From Octopus bimaculoides (lineage: Eukaryota): 64,000 bases of DNA. This document shows positions 26,350-39,419 of the stretch, in pieces. Below the pieces are notes generated by a model that saw nothing but the letters and a program-made list of their open reading frames with translations, had not been told where the DNA came from and did not search any database. The stretch lies in the NCBI RefSeq assembly GCF_001194135.2, contig NC_068984.1:30908126-30972125 (forward strand), read 5' to 3'. A program made the position numbers and the translations under genes. Position 1 is the stretch's first letter. Every line of letters begins with the position of its first letter.

Positions 26350-27720
26350 TAACATTTACACTGCATGTATATCCCATCATTCCCACATGAGCCAGGATAA
26401 TCCCCATTGTAACTATTATTAACTGCATATGGTGACAAAGTTACAATTTTTACAGCTTAACAACCTGATGTAATTATAATACAACATGTGGTTATCTACA
26501 TTCCCTAAGTTATACCTTTGTAATAACATGAATACTGTCTGCCTATATCCAGAATTGATAATAATCTCAACCTTACTTTTAGTGTCTATGAATGGTTTAC
26601 GCACTAGTTTTGCAATACACAGTTACTCCACTTCAACAATAGTCTACAAACCTAAATATACTTTTAGCATCTGTTTACCATTTAATTACTTTTCAACTAC
26701 CTGCTTCTCCTTCCACGACTCTCATGCAGATAATTACTTGTTGATTGGATGTGTATCTCTGATACAACTAAATAAAACGCTACTCACATATCCCGTAAGT
26801 ATTTCCCATAGCCTACCCATTAGTAAGGAAAGGACTCACTTGAATATTCATGCCTTAAATGTTCTTATATTTATATGTATTCTTATAATTATTTCTATTC
26901 TTATTTTATTTTATTCTTTTGTTTTACTGGTCTTGTAATTTATTGATAGTCCTAACAGACCTGAACAGTGCCATTGTTTTTAAATGTTAACTGACCAATT
27001 AGGTTGTAGGATTGACTTTGACCTCCCCCTACTATGCATAGGGATATTGGGATTAGGTTTCGGTCAATAAGTAGTATATATTAACATTGCACTAATGTTC
27101 TACCCAGATTTCCTTTCATTAATGTACTTATATATTAACTTTCCCCTAACAGGTTCAATTTAAGTTACCTCTGCCAACTCCCTGCAAAATGCTATATCTA
27201 TTAAATAGCAGTTAGCCTCTAACTTCTGACCCCTGTAACATGGACCATACCATTAAAACCACCACATAACATACTACCTTCACTATTTCCCTCAGTATTA
27301 TGGAAACACGATGTAACCCACAGCCTATGGATATATCTCCTGAGAGTGACTTTATTTACTTACCACAGGATGGAAGACCATGGATTATAATAACACCTTA
27401 AAATGAAGTTCTTACTTTTCCTTACCATCTCTATTACATTATATTATTTTTTTGTTTTTACCTATTTTATTCTATTTTATCTTATTTTACCCTACTCTAT
27501 TATTCTAACTGAATTTCCCACATGTTAGTTTCCTAACATTTGTACTCTCTGAAGAAGCCTTGAGTTTCAACCATTATCCAGTCTCTTCCAATGTTTGTTC
27601 ATCCCTGTACATCACCTTATGTGATGAGGATGACTTGAAAGAATCTGAGGCCTCATGGTAGAAACGGCTGTAAGGGATTTGTATCTGTACACCCATCTAT
27701 TATTATTCATTAATTTCTAT
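26350..27720 (+). mobile_element. Degenerate Penelope-like element 3' part with hammerhead-bearing terminus
   Basis: Weak GIY-YIG-like remnants; terminus CTGAAGAAG...GAAACGGCTGTA typical of PLE terminal repeats. Confidence 0.45.
27545..27676 (+). ncRNA. Hammerhead-like motif with a long stem II insert
   Basis: CTCT-CTGAAGA-A-GCCTTGAG...CTCATGGT-A-GAAA-C(GGCT)G-TA|AGGG. Confidence 0.45.
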
Positions 27721-28479
27721 ATATGTATATATATATCTGCTTACATATTAATTGACTGATTTCACTCTTTTACTTGTACCACTTAAACACATGCTTGTTA
27801 TAATTTAATAAACACATATAATGGAATGTTTACTGGCTGATGTTTGTTGATAGGAAAGCAGACATTAAAGAATGATGATGACAAAAATAATGATGATGTG
27901 TGTTCCTCTCTAACTTACATACTGTACATCTCTGGCTTGTCTTTCACTTTTTCATCTTTCTTTCACACCTGGACTATTCATTGTTCTTTCACTTAGAATT
28001 TGCACCTTGTACTTAGCTGAACTTTGTCTCACATTTAGCTGTTCCTCATTCACAGACTAGATCTTTGAATTGCTCAGTGGTTAAGGTACAAGCATGAGAA
28101 TAGGTCCATTTACACCAGCTGTATGTTGGCTATATTGAGGTCTAAATTCATTCTCAATGTACTGATGTAATCCTGGTCCATAAATATACAATCAATAAAT
28201 TCAATGCCACTTAAGTCTACCCTTAAAAAACTAAATTCTTACATCTTGTTCATCAGCACCTTTCACCATTCTTTCAATTGTACCTTCTCCCTCTCTGTTA
28301 GCTACTCCATTTCCTTAACATTATGGTCTCTATCAATCATCCCACTGTCACTCTCTCTATTTCTGTTTTCTTCAAACCCATCAAGTCCCACACTTACCTC
28401 AAATTTCTTTTTTCTTCACAATCCATACCAAGCATGCTTTCCCTTATTTCCAGTTCTTCCATCTTCACTACCTCTTTAG

Positions 28480-28860
28480 TTGTAGTCAAAACTTTTGAGA
28501 CTAAGGCTCAGTACGTAGCTGGTCTATATATTCTATGGGGTTACTCATCTACCTTCTTCAGGCTGCTCTTTCACATACCCATGTCAATGACTGCAACTCA
28601 GCTCTTACATCCCTCATCCAAAACGAAACATATTGAGTCACCTGTCCTCTCACCTACTAATCCCACAACTCTGTTCCTCCACCATACTATCCTTCACCTT
28701 TTCTGCTGCCTACAATCTGATACTACCTTTTGTTTCTTCTCTTTCTCACCCATTTCCTCCTATAAGCATGTCTGTATCCTACGTAGCCTTCTCCTAAACA
28801 GTTCCACTTTCCCAATGTTCTGTTCTTCTCTCTGCAGCTCTACCCTGCTTCTATTTCCCT
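28480..28860 (-). mobile_element. Highly degenerate RTE LINE C-terminal fragment
   Basis: Minus-strand remnants resembling AMLYG.E.W...AEMRML and WYGHV.RR.E; explains the plus-strand ORF 28323-28898 as an antisense shadow. Confidence 0.45.
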
Positions 28861-30148
28861 TTTCAAACCTACTTTTTACATTTTTCAAATGTTTATAGAT
28901 AAGTAAATTATGTATTCTAAATTTAACAACTCAACAGATGAATATGCAAAGCACTTTTAATGGTTTTCCTGCAACCAATAAAATATTGTGATCTGTTTAT
29001 GAATATGTTTGCTATGTATTGTCATATTTGAATAATTGGCAACGTAAATCTGATATTTGTAGTTCAATAAGCCTCAGGTTGGAATAAATTATACATACAC
29101 TTTAATATCAATATAGAAGTTCTTTTTCTGTTTCTAATCACAAATGTAGGTTAATACATATGTATTATGGTCTCTCTTGTCCATTTAATTATAAGCACAT
29201 CCAGTTATTATATCAAGTAAAATACCTTATCATTGAATTAAAAGTGTAAAGTGGCTGAGTGTGTTCTACAGTCATGACATATGTACCCATGACATATCTG
29301 TAAAAACGTCATGACACAGTATGCCATAGGTGGATCATAAATTATTGGACCATGAATTTCAAGCTACCCAATGGGCATCTACACAGTCTCCAAATTCAAT
29401 CACAAGGCATGGATCTATTAAGGCTATAATTAAATCACTTGCCTGGGATGCTACATCATGAGATCTATACAAATTTAGAATTATACTTATATATAAAGAT
29501 TAAACATGAAACAGTTAATTACAGTTCAAGTTTGTGTGATATATTCTGAATTTTATGGATAATTTTGTCTCATATGTATTTACTAGTGATACTTAAGTCA
29601 ACTTTTGTGGGGCTAATAAAGAGTTAGTAAATTTTTACATAGGATCCTGAAATAAGAAATATGGTTGTTCAGGTGTAAAGAGGCTCAGTCATATTCTGAA
29701 TATTGAGCTTGGAATTAATCTATTGATTTTATAGATTAATCTTGCTCATTGTGTTTCAATAAGATTTCCAATAGGTGTTTGTGACAGAGATGAAACTAAT
29801 CAAAGGTACAATGTGTTTTTACTTAATGTAACTTCTTGTTTTATTGGAGAGCAGCACATATCTTTTTGAGTGTCTGATTTTCAACTCAGATGTGAATTAA
29901 TAGTCCACTTCTTTAAATTTAGCCATTTTAATATGTATATGTTTTGAAAACACAAACGAAATTGCTATTTGTGGATACTTGTGAGATTAAAAATTCATAT
30001 TCGAATCTATGTTTGAGGTTTTCTTCTTGCATTACACACAAAAATTCATATCATTTTATTATTTTTCTCAAAATATTGTCAGTATTTAGTATAAACTATT
30101 TGAAATATGCTTTCCTAAAAGGACAATGATGTACAAAATATTTTAAAG

Positions 30149-30481
30149 TGGCATTTATTAGAAGGATAGAATTAAAACAGTTTAGTATTTTTGTTTCTTT
30201 ATAAATGCACAGATGTTCAATTTAAATAAGATATATAATCTAAATAGGGTGTACAATCTAAATAAAGGACTTAATAGTAGTTAAAGGTAGAAGATTTAAT
30301 ATTTATATATTTATCTTATAATTTGTAAAAGCTTAACAGTTCTCCAAAGGCCATCATCTAACCTTCTATTTAGAAGTGTGAAATGTGCCTATAAAGAAAA
30401 AATAAATAAAAAGACCAAAAGAACGCCATGGTAGAGTAGAAAATATTGCAGAATTATATATAAGAAGCACAGGATGGATGA
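30149..30481 (-). repeat. Copy 1 of a ~333-bp direct duplication (acceptor + 26 codons + AATAAA on the minus strand)
   Basis: Ungapped match to 32196-32528 with about 20 substitutions counted by eye. Confidence 0.95.
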
Positions 30482-31255
30482 AGGTTAAGTTTAAATCTTA
30501 ACAAAAATATTTTTATAGAAAATAGCTGATTGAATGTATGATAAGAAGATTACTTAAATTAGCTATTTCAGTTGAACATCATGGAATGGTCAGCTGCAAA
30601 TTCAAAATGAAATGTGTAAATATCTCCTAAGTATCAATAGCACACACTTATGTACATACCACTACATGCATATGCATACAGTGTATGCATATATGTATGT
30701 ATGTACATATGTATCTATGTGTATTTATACATGTGTGTGTGTGTGTGTCTGTGTGTGTGTATGTTGGTTTATATACTATATGCATAGATATTTAGATACA
30801 CACACACACAAACACATATGCACATATACACAGCAGTGCTAATTCATAGTGATTAGTAGTAAAATATTGAACTTAAATATGTTATTAGGGAATTACTTCA
30901 TGATATATTATGTAAAATATGTGAAGAAGAATAAAAATAATATTTCTTGAGAATTTACAAGCAGGTCAATTTATAATCGATTAGGAATTTGGTACCTTGA
31001 AAAAAATTGATAATCATTTAAATTTGGGGAAAACTATAATTTAGTTTGTAGGGACCAAATCAATATTTGTACATTTATCACTTGTATTGATTAAAATGAA
31101 AGATACATTGAATATGAAAAGGAAGACTTTACTTTTCACACACACACACTCACACACACACACACACATGTCTACACATGCACATTACACATTTATCTAT
31201 ATATATGTGTGTGTGTGTGCAAGTGTATGTATATACATTTGTGCAATTGCATGTA

Positions 31256-31878
31256 TACCAGGTTTAGTTAAAAGTTTTTTTCAGATTTTCACTGATGATT
31301 TTTAGAAACTTGCATTTTCATGTTATATCATTAATTTGATACAACCGTTGCTGATTTTATATATATTTTTTATTCTCATATATAACATATAAACGTTACC
31401 TGTTTATGTTTTTTTTATTTTATAGCCTTGGTAATAAGTAGTGAAACATTCCAATTAGCTCCATTTTACAGTACCTGTGGAAAAAAAAAGGACTGACTGC
31501 AAGAGTAATGGCAAAAGAAATTAATGATGTGGAATACCCAGGAAGTGTCAATGAATGTGTAGCACAAAATTGCTTCAGATATTTCAAGGAAAGTGACAAG
31601 CCAAGGTCAGGAATATCTGTTATGGAAGATGAGGCCTTGCTTGAAATGTTTGAACAATAACCAAGCATTCATGCATTATCAGTAGAACATCGTCCTTCAC
31701 CAATCACCATCAGTTGTCACCTCTATAAGCTCAGTCTTGTGGTATAAGCATGGAATTTAACTTCTGGTACAATGATGGTAACCAACAATAGAATATAATG
31801 GGATATGTTTTGATGAATAAATGCTTTTTGTAATTTGTTTAAACTATTAATATAAAAAGATTGTTGACTCATCCAGTA
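31256..31878 (+). mobile_element. Non-autonomous mariner derivative (HTH region only)
   Basis: Degenerate TIRs flanked by TA (TATACCAGGTTTAGTTAAAAG / GTTGACTCATCCAGTATA); fragment LQYLWKKKGLTARVMAKEIN...VAQNCFRYFK...KPRSG. Confidence 0.68.
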
Positions 31879-32195
31879 TATTGATATTTGCTTTTATGTA
31901 TTGCTATGTATAAAGCTATCAAATATTTAGTCAAGATAATCTCAATGCTTTTAAGTTAAATTTTACAAGGACAAGTGTATAAGTGACTTTTAATTTGCCA
32001 TTCAGTTACGTCAGAGTGGCAAATTCATTTCAAACAAAACTTCAGATTGACTGTTGAACTTTTTCAAAAATGGTCTCTTGCCTAGAGCTGTGAATTGTGT
32101 TGGTGTTTGCTAAGTGTGTATTTTTTTTTATAAGTGCATGTAGATATATTTTGTCCCTATTTACAATATCATTTTATGTACATTTTCTTTATTTT

Positions 32196-32528
32196 TGGCA
32201 TTTATTGGAAGGATAGAATTAAAACAGTTTAGTATTTTTGTTTCTTTATAAATGCACAGATGTTCAATTTAAATAAGATATATAATCTAAATAGTGAGTA
32301 CAATCTAAATAAAGGACTTAATAGTAGTTAAAGGTAGAAGATTTAATATGTATGTATTTATCTTATAATTTGCAAAATCCTAACAGTTCTCAAAAGGCCA
32401 TCATCTAACCTTCTATTTAGAAGTGTGAAATGTATCTATAAAGAAAAAGTAAATGAAAAGATTAAAAGAATGTCATGTTAGAGTAGAAAATATTGCAGAA
32501 TTATATATAAGAAACACAGGATGGATGA
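32196..32528 (-). repeat. Copy 2 of the ~333-bp direct duplication
   Basis: Same sequence as 30149-30481, offset by 2047 bp. Confidence 0.95.
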
Positions 32529-33339
32529 TATATATATATTTATATATGGATTTGTATATGTAAATTTGCCTATATCTGCATTTATGCACATGTCTACATG
32601 TATGCACTAAGCATATTTTTCACTGTGATAACGTTTCTGCACAAGGCAATGGCCTTGTGCTCTTAGAATATTGATAGACAAAAGTGTGCATTTCTTCCTC
32701 AAATATTATCAACTTCTAATCACCATTAATAATACAAATTTTACATCTACAGATATTTTAGATGAAATTCTAACCACGTTTTGCACTTGAACACCTCCAA
32801 TTGCAAACTATATATAGAAATGCTCCAGCTGCCTAAAGCATATTAATGATAATTTATTAAAAAATACTTCAGTTAAATTGTTTAAACTTTCATCGAACAA
32901 ACAAATATTTAGTGATTATCCAAAACATTACAGTGTCATCCTAACTAGAAATGTCATTAATTAGAATTTATCATATACTGGAGAAATTATATACATAACC
33001 ACAAAAAGACACAGAAGAAAGTACTATATTTAGCATAATCCACTATTCAACTTAAATGTAAATACTCCCACAGCTAACTTTGTTTTTACTTAAAAAACCA
33101 TATTCTTTGCAGTGTAAGCTTTGAAGTATCTTTAAGAAAAATCAACTTTTAGTGTATTTGTTATTCTGTCACTCCTAATGTTGCCCATATCTAGGCTTTT
33201 TTCAGTCTAGCAACCTCAACCAAAGTTCAGTCCCAGTATAACACATTGAACAATTGACTTCTACCATAGCTCTAAGCTGAGCAATGCCTTGTATACCTTA
33301 TGAGGGAATTTAGTAGAAAGAAATTGTGTGGAAACCTGT

Positions 33340-33449
33340 TTTATATATGTATATGTATATGTATGTTTCCTTGTGACAGTACTTTTTTCCCGCACACATA
33401 CACACACTCACATGCAAACACATATATTTGCACACACACATACACCTCC

Positions 33450-33494
<45 letters not shown>

Positions 33495-33501
33495 ATGTAT
33501 G

Positions 33502-33534
<33 letters not shown>

Positions 33535-33549
33535 ATATATATATACATA

Positions 33550-33607
<58 letters not shown>

Positions 33608-33650
33608 TATATACATACACACATATATACATACACACATACATACATAA
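33340..33650. repeat. Compound (TA)n/(CA)n microsatellite
   Basis: Directly visible; similar arrays at 1975-2008, 30640-30840, 40876-40985, 47200-47260, 51160-51220 and 53750-53870. Confidence 0.97.
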
Positions 33651-34208
33651 TTGCTGTTTTAGTGAACTTAAATATGTACCTGTAGAAGCAGAAATTGTAA
33701 TAACAGCAAAGTGCTAAGTTGTCTCAAGTCAGGTTCTCAGCCAAAAATTTAACCAAAATTGAGCCAAAATTGCAATATTTGTTCTGATAAAGAAGAAAGT
33801 TTACAGCAGATTCTTTGTTTATGGCTGTTAAATAATCAGAAGTCTACTTAGCATAAATGAGTGTCCAAATTTGGATTTTCTCCAGAGTTCTGCCACATGA
33901 TGCTAAGTAGCCTGAAAGAAGAGAAAGTATGTAAGGTATGGAGGAGTGTGTAATTTCCTTAGGGAATATTAAAATTTAAAAAAATCAAACTAAAAGGTAA
34001 AAGGTGTGGGGGGAGGGGGGAAATATGAATATGCAAAGCTTTTGAAACAAACCAACGAATCTGTATCTGATTGGAATCATACCAACAATAATGGAGACAT
34101 ATTGAATTGCTATGGCAAAATTCTGCAACATTGACCAAAATACTGAAGATAATGAAAATAAGACATTAAAATCGAAGTTGTGCTCTACAGTACAGTTGCA
34201 GTGTTAAT

Positions 34209-35262
34209 CATCATCATCATCATCATCGTTTAACGTCCGCTTTCCATGCTAGCATGGGTTGGACGATTTGACTGAGGACTGGTGAAACCGGATGGCAACA
34301 CCAGGCTCCAGTCTGATTTGGCAGAGTTTCTACAGCTGGATGCCCTTCCTAACGCCAACCACTCAGAGAGTGTAGTGGGTGCTTTTACGTGTCACCCGCA
34401 CGAAAACGGCCACGCTCGAAATGGTGTCTTTTATGTGCCACCNNNNNNNNNNNNNNNNNNNNNNNNNNNNNNNNNNNNNNNNNNNNNNNNNNNNNNNNNN
34501 NNNNNNNNNNNNNNNNNNNNNNNNNNNNNNNNNNNNNNNNNNNNNNNNNNNNNNNNNNNNNNNNNNNNNNNNNNNNNNNNNNNNNNNNNNNNNNNNNNNN
34601 NNNNNNNNNNNNNNNNNNNNNNNNNNNNNNNNNNNNNNNNNNNNNNNNNNNNNNNNNNNNNNNNNNNNNNNNNNNNNNNNNNNNNNNNNNNNNNNNNNNN
34701 NNNNNNNNNNNNNNNNNNNNNNNNNNNNNNNNNNNNNNNNNNNNNNNNNNNNNNNNNNNNNNNNNNNNNNNNNNNNNNNNNNNNNNNNNNNNNNNNNNNN
34801 NNNNNNNNNNNNNNNNNNNNNNNNNNNNNNNNNNNNNNNNNNNNNNNNNNNNNNNNNNNNNNNNNNNNNNNNNNNNNNNNNNNNNNNNNNNNNNNNNNNN
34901 NNNNNNNNNNNNNNNNNNNNNNNNNNNNNNNNNNNNNNNNNNNNNNNNNNNNNNNNNNNNNNNNNNNNNNNNNNNNNNNNNNNNNNNNNGTACGCATGCG
35001 TCATACAGTCTGCCTTTTACTCTGAGTGAGAGTCCCTTTGTCGCCAGCAGGGGTAAGAGCTCTCTAAACTTTGCCCAGGCTATTCTTATTCTAGCAGCTA
35101 CACTTTCAGCGCACCCACCCCCACTACTAACTTGGTCGCCCAGATAGCGGAAGCTATCGACTACCTCTAGTTTTTCACCCTGGAATGGGATAGAAGTTGT
35201 TTCCTGTTTGTTTGCAGTCTTTATTGCACCTGAACATCTGCCACAAACAAAAACTAACTTGC
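34209..35262 (-). mobile_element. RTE-clade LINE, 5'-truncated, spanning an assembly gap
   Basis: CGRCSGAI...EKLEVVDSFRYLGDQVSSGGGCAESVAARIRIAWAKFRELLPLLATKGLSLRVKGRLYDACV at 34990-35260; family 3' UTR and (GAT)n tail at 34209-34442. Confidence 0.92.
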
Positions 35263-35819
35263 TAGTTAACCTGCCTTTGATGTTGCTGCACCTCTTATGT
35301 GTCCATAGCTTGCACCGGGTACATCTTATAGAGTTACTACCTACTCCTTTTCTACTAAAGAAACATATTTACTCTTCAGGTTTGAACTAATATTTACTCT
35401 TCAATCTCTTGTTCAATGAATATATATTCAATGAATACTAATAGTCTGCATATTTCTCCGAATTTAGCATTAAATTTGTATGAAATATTTTGAGAACTGG
35501 ATTTTCTGTCATATCGTAAAAGATTTCAAGCTTGTTTCATCCAAGCAAACTGTAATAAGAAGAAATATTCAATGAAATACATATATGACAGTTTTACAAC
35601 AGCCAGCCATATATTAATTTCTAAGTTAACAGAGAAAGAACTATGACAAGTGCTAGAAGTTAAACTTTCATTCCAACTAAAGACCTTAATTTTAATCTCT
35701 TTCATGTAAACGTAAGGAGAAAGGTGATTTGTTTGTACACTTGTACACAACCTACAAGCAATCGTACATTCAAAATTGAAGCTGGTTCTTTTTTTGTTCC
35801 TTGTTAAAAAGATCTGTAT

Positions 35820-36800
35820 CAACTTCGTCAAACCCTTCTCTTCCCCACTTTTCAATAATGATGATTCTGCATGCAGAACTTCCAGGAAGAATTTCTTGTT
35901 GCTAACTTTGCCGTCAACTCTAATAACATGAGGCAAATCTTCCCCAAAATTTACCCTTTCAGCAACACCTGACATACCACCACAGCATACTCATATATAC
36001 CAAGTCTTAAATTACTGGTCACTTTAAATCAAAACCATTGGCAATGTTTCTGACAATGTTCTTTCCAAAACAAGATGCTCTAGAACTCACTCCTTTCCCC
36101 AACAAATTCTTCAATCTCTTCGTCTCCACAAGATATACTCTGATTTTTGGAAACATGCTCTAATGCATTCTGTTCCCCAGGAAGAGTAATCCTTGAACCA
36201 AACCTTATTACACTCACTTTCAACATCTCAAATGTTATGGAATAAATCCTGGAAAACAACTTTCTCTGCTAGACATTTTCTCCCTCCCTTCCTACCACTT
36301 TAATGAGCATTGATATGGTTTTCTTAAACATATATGTAGTCTCCTATGTTGCACATCAGGAACTTGCTCATGCAAAAATTCGTGAAAGCAAAATTATGGC
36401 ACTCAACATCAACAGAGTTTTCAATTGTGTCTGATATGTGAATAACTTATCAAAACTTTCCTATGGATTTTATAACACTCTCATTTCTTGGATTGGTGAT
36501 TTCCTGTTGTAATACATTATTGAAGCATCTGCTGATGGATCTCTCTTTGAGCCATGATCTATGACAAGGCCAGTACTCAATATTTACTGGGCTTCTATCC
36601 TTTACTCAGTTACTCTCTTAATCCTCCTTCTCTGTTTATTTACATTGTTCTTTCCACAGTCCCCACATTAATCACTATTCCCAATATGTTTTCTCTGGAA
36701 TGTTTATTCCTTGAAAGATACTTTGCTGTACGAGGCTTTCCTACTGTTGTTGAGCTTGTAATGACAATGACATCATCGGTATCAATATCAATTGTCTGGA
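35820..36800 (+). mobile_element. Jockey/CR1-like LINE RT, degenerate
   Basis: EFLVANFAVNS, FWKHALMHSVPQE, SKIMALNINRVF, SYGFYNTLISWIGDFL in collinear RT order. Confidence 0.78.
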
Positions 36801-37093
36801 GGGCTTTTTAGGTCATAGTGGAAACCTGTTCCTTCAAAATAAAATCAATAAAAAATACTATAAAAAAACCACTCCAGTAAAAATGTTTTATTTTTCAAAA
36901 CCTTAAGCTGTATAAAAGTTAAATACAGTTGGCTAGTTGAACTGTATGTGTGGCACGAACTGGAAGAGCAAGAAAAAAGACAATGAATGTGATATATGCA
37001 GGGCCTACAAGAAAAATTTGGCAAGACACTACATGATTGCTAAATGGCTGCTGAAGGAGGAGTTTCTCAAATATTCAAACAGGCTGTAAGGTT

Positions 37094-37330
37094 CATTATT
37101 TACATTATTTACATTCAACAGATATTCGTTCTCATCTTGTTTATTGTTAACACATTTCGGCTGATATACCCTCCCACCTTCTTCAGGTGTCTTGGGGAAA
37201 TTTTGAACCCAGGTTCCAAATTTCCCCGACACACCTGAAGAAGGCTGGAGGGTATATGATCCGAAACATTGCGCTAACAACAAACAAGATGAGAACGAAT
37301 ATCCGACGAATGTAAATAATGTAAATAATG
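37094..37330. repeat. Foldback (inverted duplication) of a PLE-terminus repeat, family B
   Basis: Arms 37094-37209 and 37212-37330 are reverse complements with scattered mismatches, centred on GAACC-CA-GGTTC. Confidence 0.92.
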
Positions 37331-39419
37331 TACATAATTCCTCATCTCTTAAATATAGAACTGTATTAGGATGTAAGGTTATTTTCTTTGTTAAGGAGCG
37401 CATCAGCAGATAACTACAATACTCCCTTTAGCTCTCAGGATCTAGGATTGATGTAGTTTACATACATCCATCCATCCATACATACATACATACATACATA
37501 CATACATACATAGGCACCCTGTAGTGGTGCTGAACTGTTGAACCAAGTGAAATCGTAGTTGGGGCTAATGCCAGTGCTGTCTGACTAGCAACAATGCTGG
37601 TGGCATATAAGAAGCACAATTCAAGCGTTGAGCCTCATAGAGGCAGTGCTTGTGTAGACCTGTCAAGCCAAGTGAAACTGTAGTCATGGCCAATACTGGT
37701 ATCAAGCCAATGGCACCCATGCTGGTGGCACATAAAAAGCACCCACTACACTCTCAGAGTGGTTGGCTTTCAGAAGGGCATCCAGCCATAGAAACCTTGC
37801 CAAATCAGGTTGGAGCCTGGTGCAGCCCCCCTCACCACCACTCCCATTTTTCACCTTACCAGTTTTCAGTCAAACACTTGCTAGCATAGAAAGTAGACGC
37901 TAAACAACGATAATAGAGATGATGATGATGATGATACATAGGGATCCCTATCCTCACAGGACCTTTGTGACCATTGGACTTTACACATTTATCTGCCATT
38001 AATGTACAATCAACACTTAAAATGTTCATCTACAATTCTTAACCACTCTAACTTATTTGAAAATATTACAGTCACTAAAACTGACTTCAGTGCTTCACAC
38101 TTTAGTGAAAGACACATTGTAGGCTTATGTAATAGTGATTTCAGTGCCCCTAAAAATATGTAATGGTTTTAGATGAAATGCTTTTGGTCACAGGCCATAG
38201 TTTTGGTTGATCCATGTTGACCTGGGGCTAAAATATCACAATAGCAACACTTTTAGAGCAAATAAAGCATTCTATCTAAACAATGATTACAAACCTAAAA
38301 CGAGATCCCTATATGATCTAAATCTGTATGTACAAGCTGGTCCTCTCAACTGTAAGTCTATTGATGTGTGGCAGACTACAGCACATAAAACATCAGTTTT
38401 ATATAAAGTGGCACATTATTGGCTAACATGTACGAAAGCATGCATATATACAAATCAAAGTCCCAGTATAGCAACAGTACAAATAATGTCATAATGTTTA
38501 TTAGCAGAGCATGCAAAATATAATTTAGCTATTTATAAGTCAGAATACATGGATCTGATTTTCAGATATCAAAGAAATCATTCAAGGATTTTATTGGATT
38601 TTGTGTATAATTACATATTTAGACTATTGCTAGTGTCCAGTCTTATTCTGCACTAAATATATACATTTGTGCATGTTTTGCTGTTGTTGTTGTTGCTGCT
38701 TGCTTTTTCTACTAAACTATACAGTAGTTGTTCAGTTAGATTAGATATTTGCATGATTTCACAATTGTAATCATCATAATATCTATTAGTAGCTTTCTTC
38801 TAATCATTAATAAAAGGTTAATACTATTATTTCTTTGCTTTTATTAATGGTCAGTTACAGGAGTCTTAGAATATCTAGTCATATTTAAGATTCAGTTACA
38901 TACATATGTATTCATTTATGTGTGTTTGTGTGTCGGAGGTGCATGTGATTATTATTAAATTATTTTACAATTAGTTCTCACAATTGAAGATAGAATAAAA
39001 GAATTCATATATATTAACTAGTCCTTGAATTTCATTTCTCAGCATCTTTTTACAAAACTATCATATTTATTATTTCTTTTAACTTACCATGAATATTTAT
39101 CAATTACTAAATATTTCCAGATATTTCATTTCCATTTTAATTAAATAAAATTTGTGGTTTCAATACTTTATAAATCTAGTCCAGTCATGGAAAACACTGA
39201 TGAGTTAATAATGATTATGAATTAATAAAGAATATTTGAAACGAAAGAAAAAATGATAGGAACTTGAGTTTCATTTTAAACGTTTAGGTCTCTATAGATG
39301 AGATGGTTAATAGTAAAGATAAATTGTAGAGATGGTGTGCAACAGATCTATTCATCCTAAAGAAACCTGTTATGTTCATCTTCATAAAAAAACTTTTATG
39401 TTACCTTCACAGAAAACTG

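Noticed and set aside
26486-26938. 150-aa ORF (and 191-aa ORF 28323-28898)
   Set aside because: They lie within or antisense to decayed PLE and RTE sequence; low-complexity composition.
27363-27395. Minus-strand 33-nt exon-like piece reading GVIIIHGLPSCG(K), resembling a P-loop
   Set aside because: Lies inside a probable PLE remnant, lacks a full GxxxxGK[ST] motif, and has no partner exon.
33300-33717. Many YIYIYI/VCVC/poly-H/poly-X ORFs here and at 7662-8389, 34282-35147, 55149-55485, 56520-58018 and 60226-61033
   Set aside because: Translations of microsatellites and N-gaps.
35526-35975. 149-aa ATG-initiated ORF
   Set aside because: Its N-terminal half is antisense to a Jockey/CR1-like RT remnant on the plus strand.
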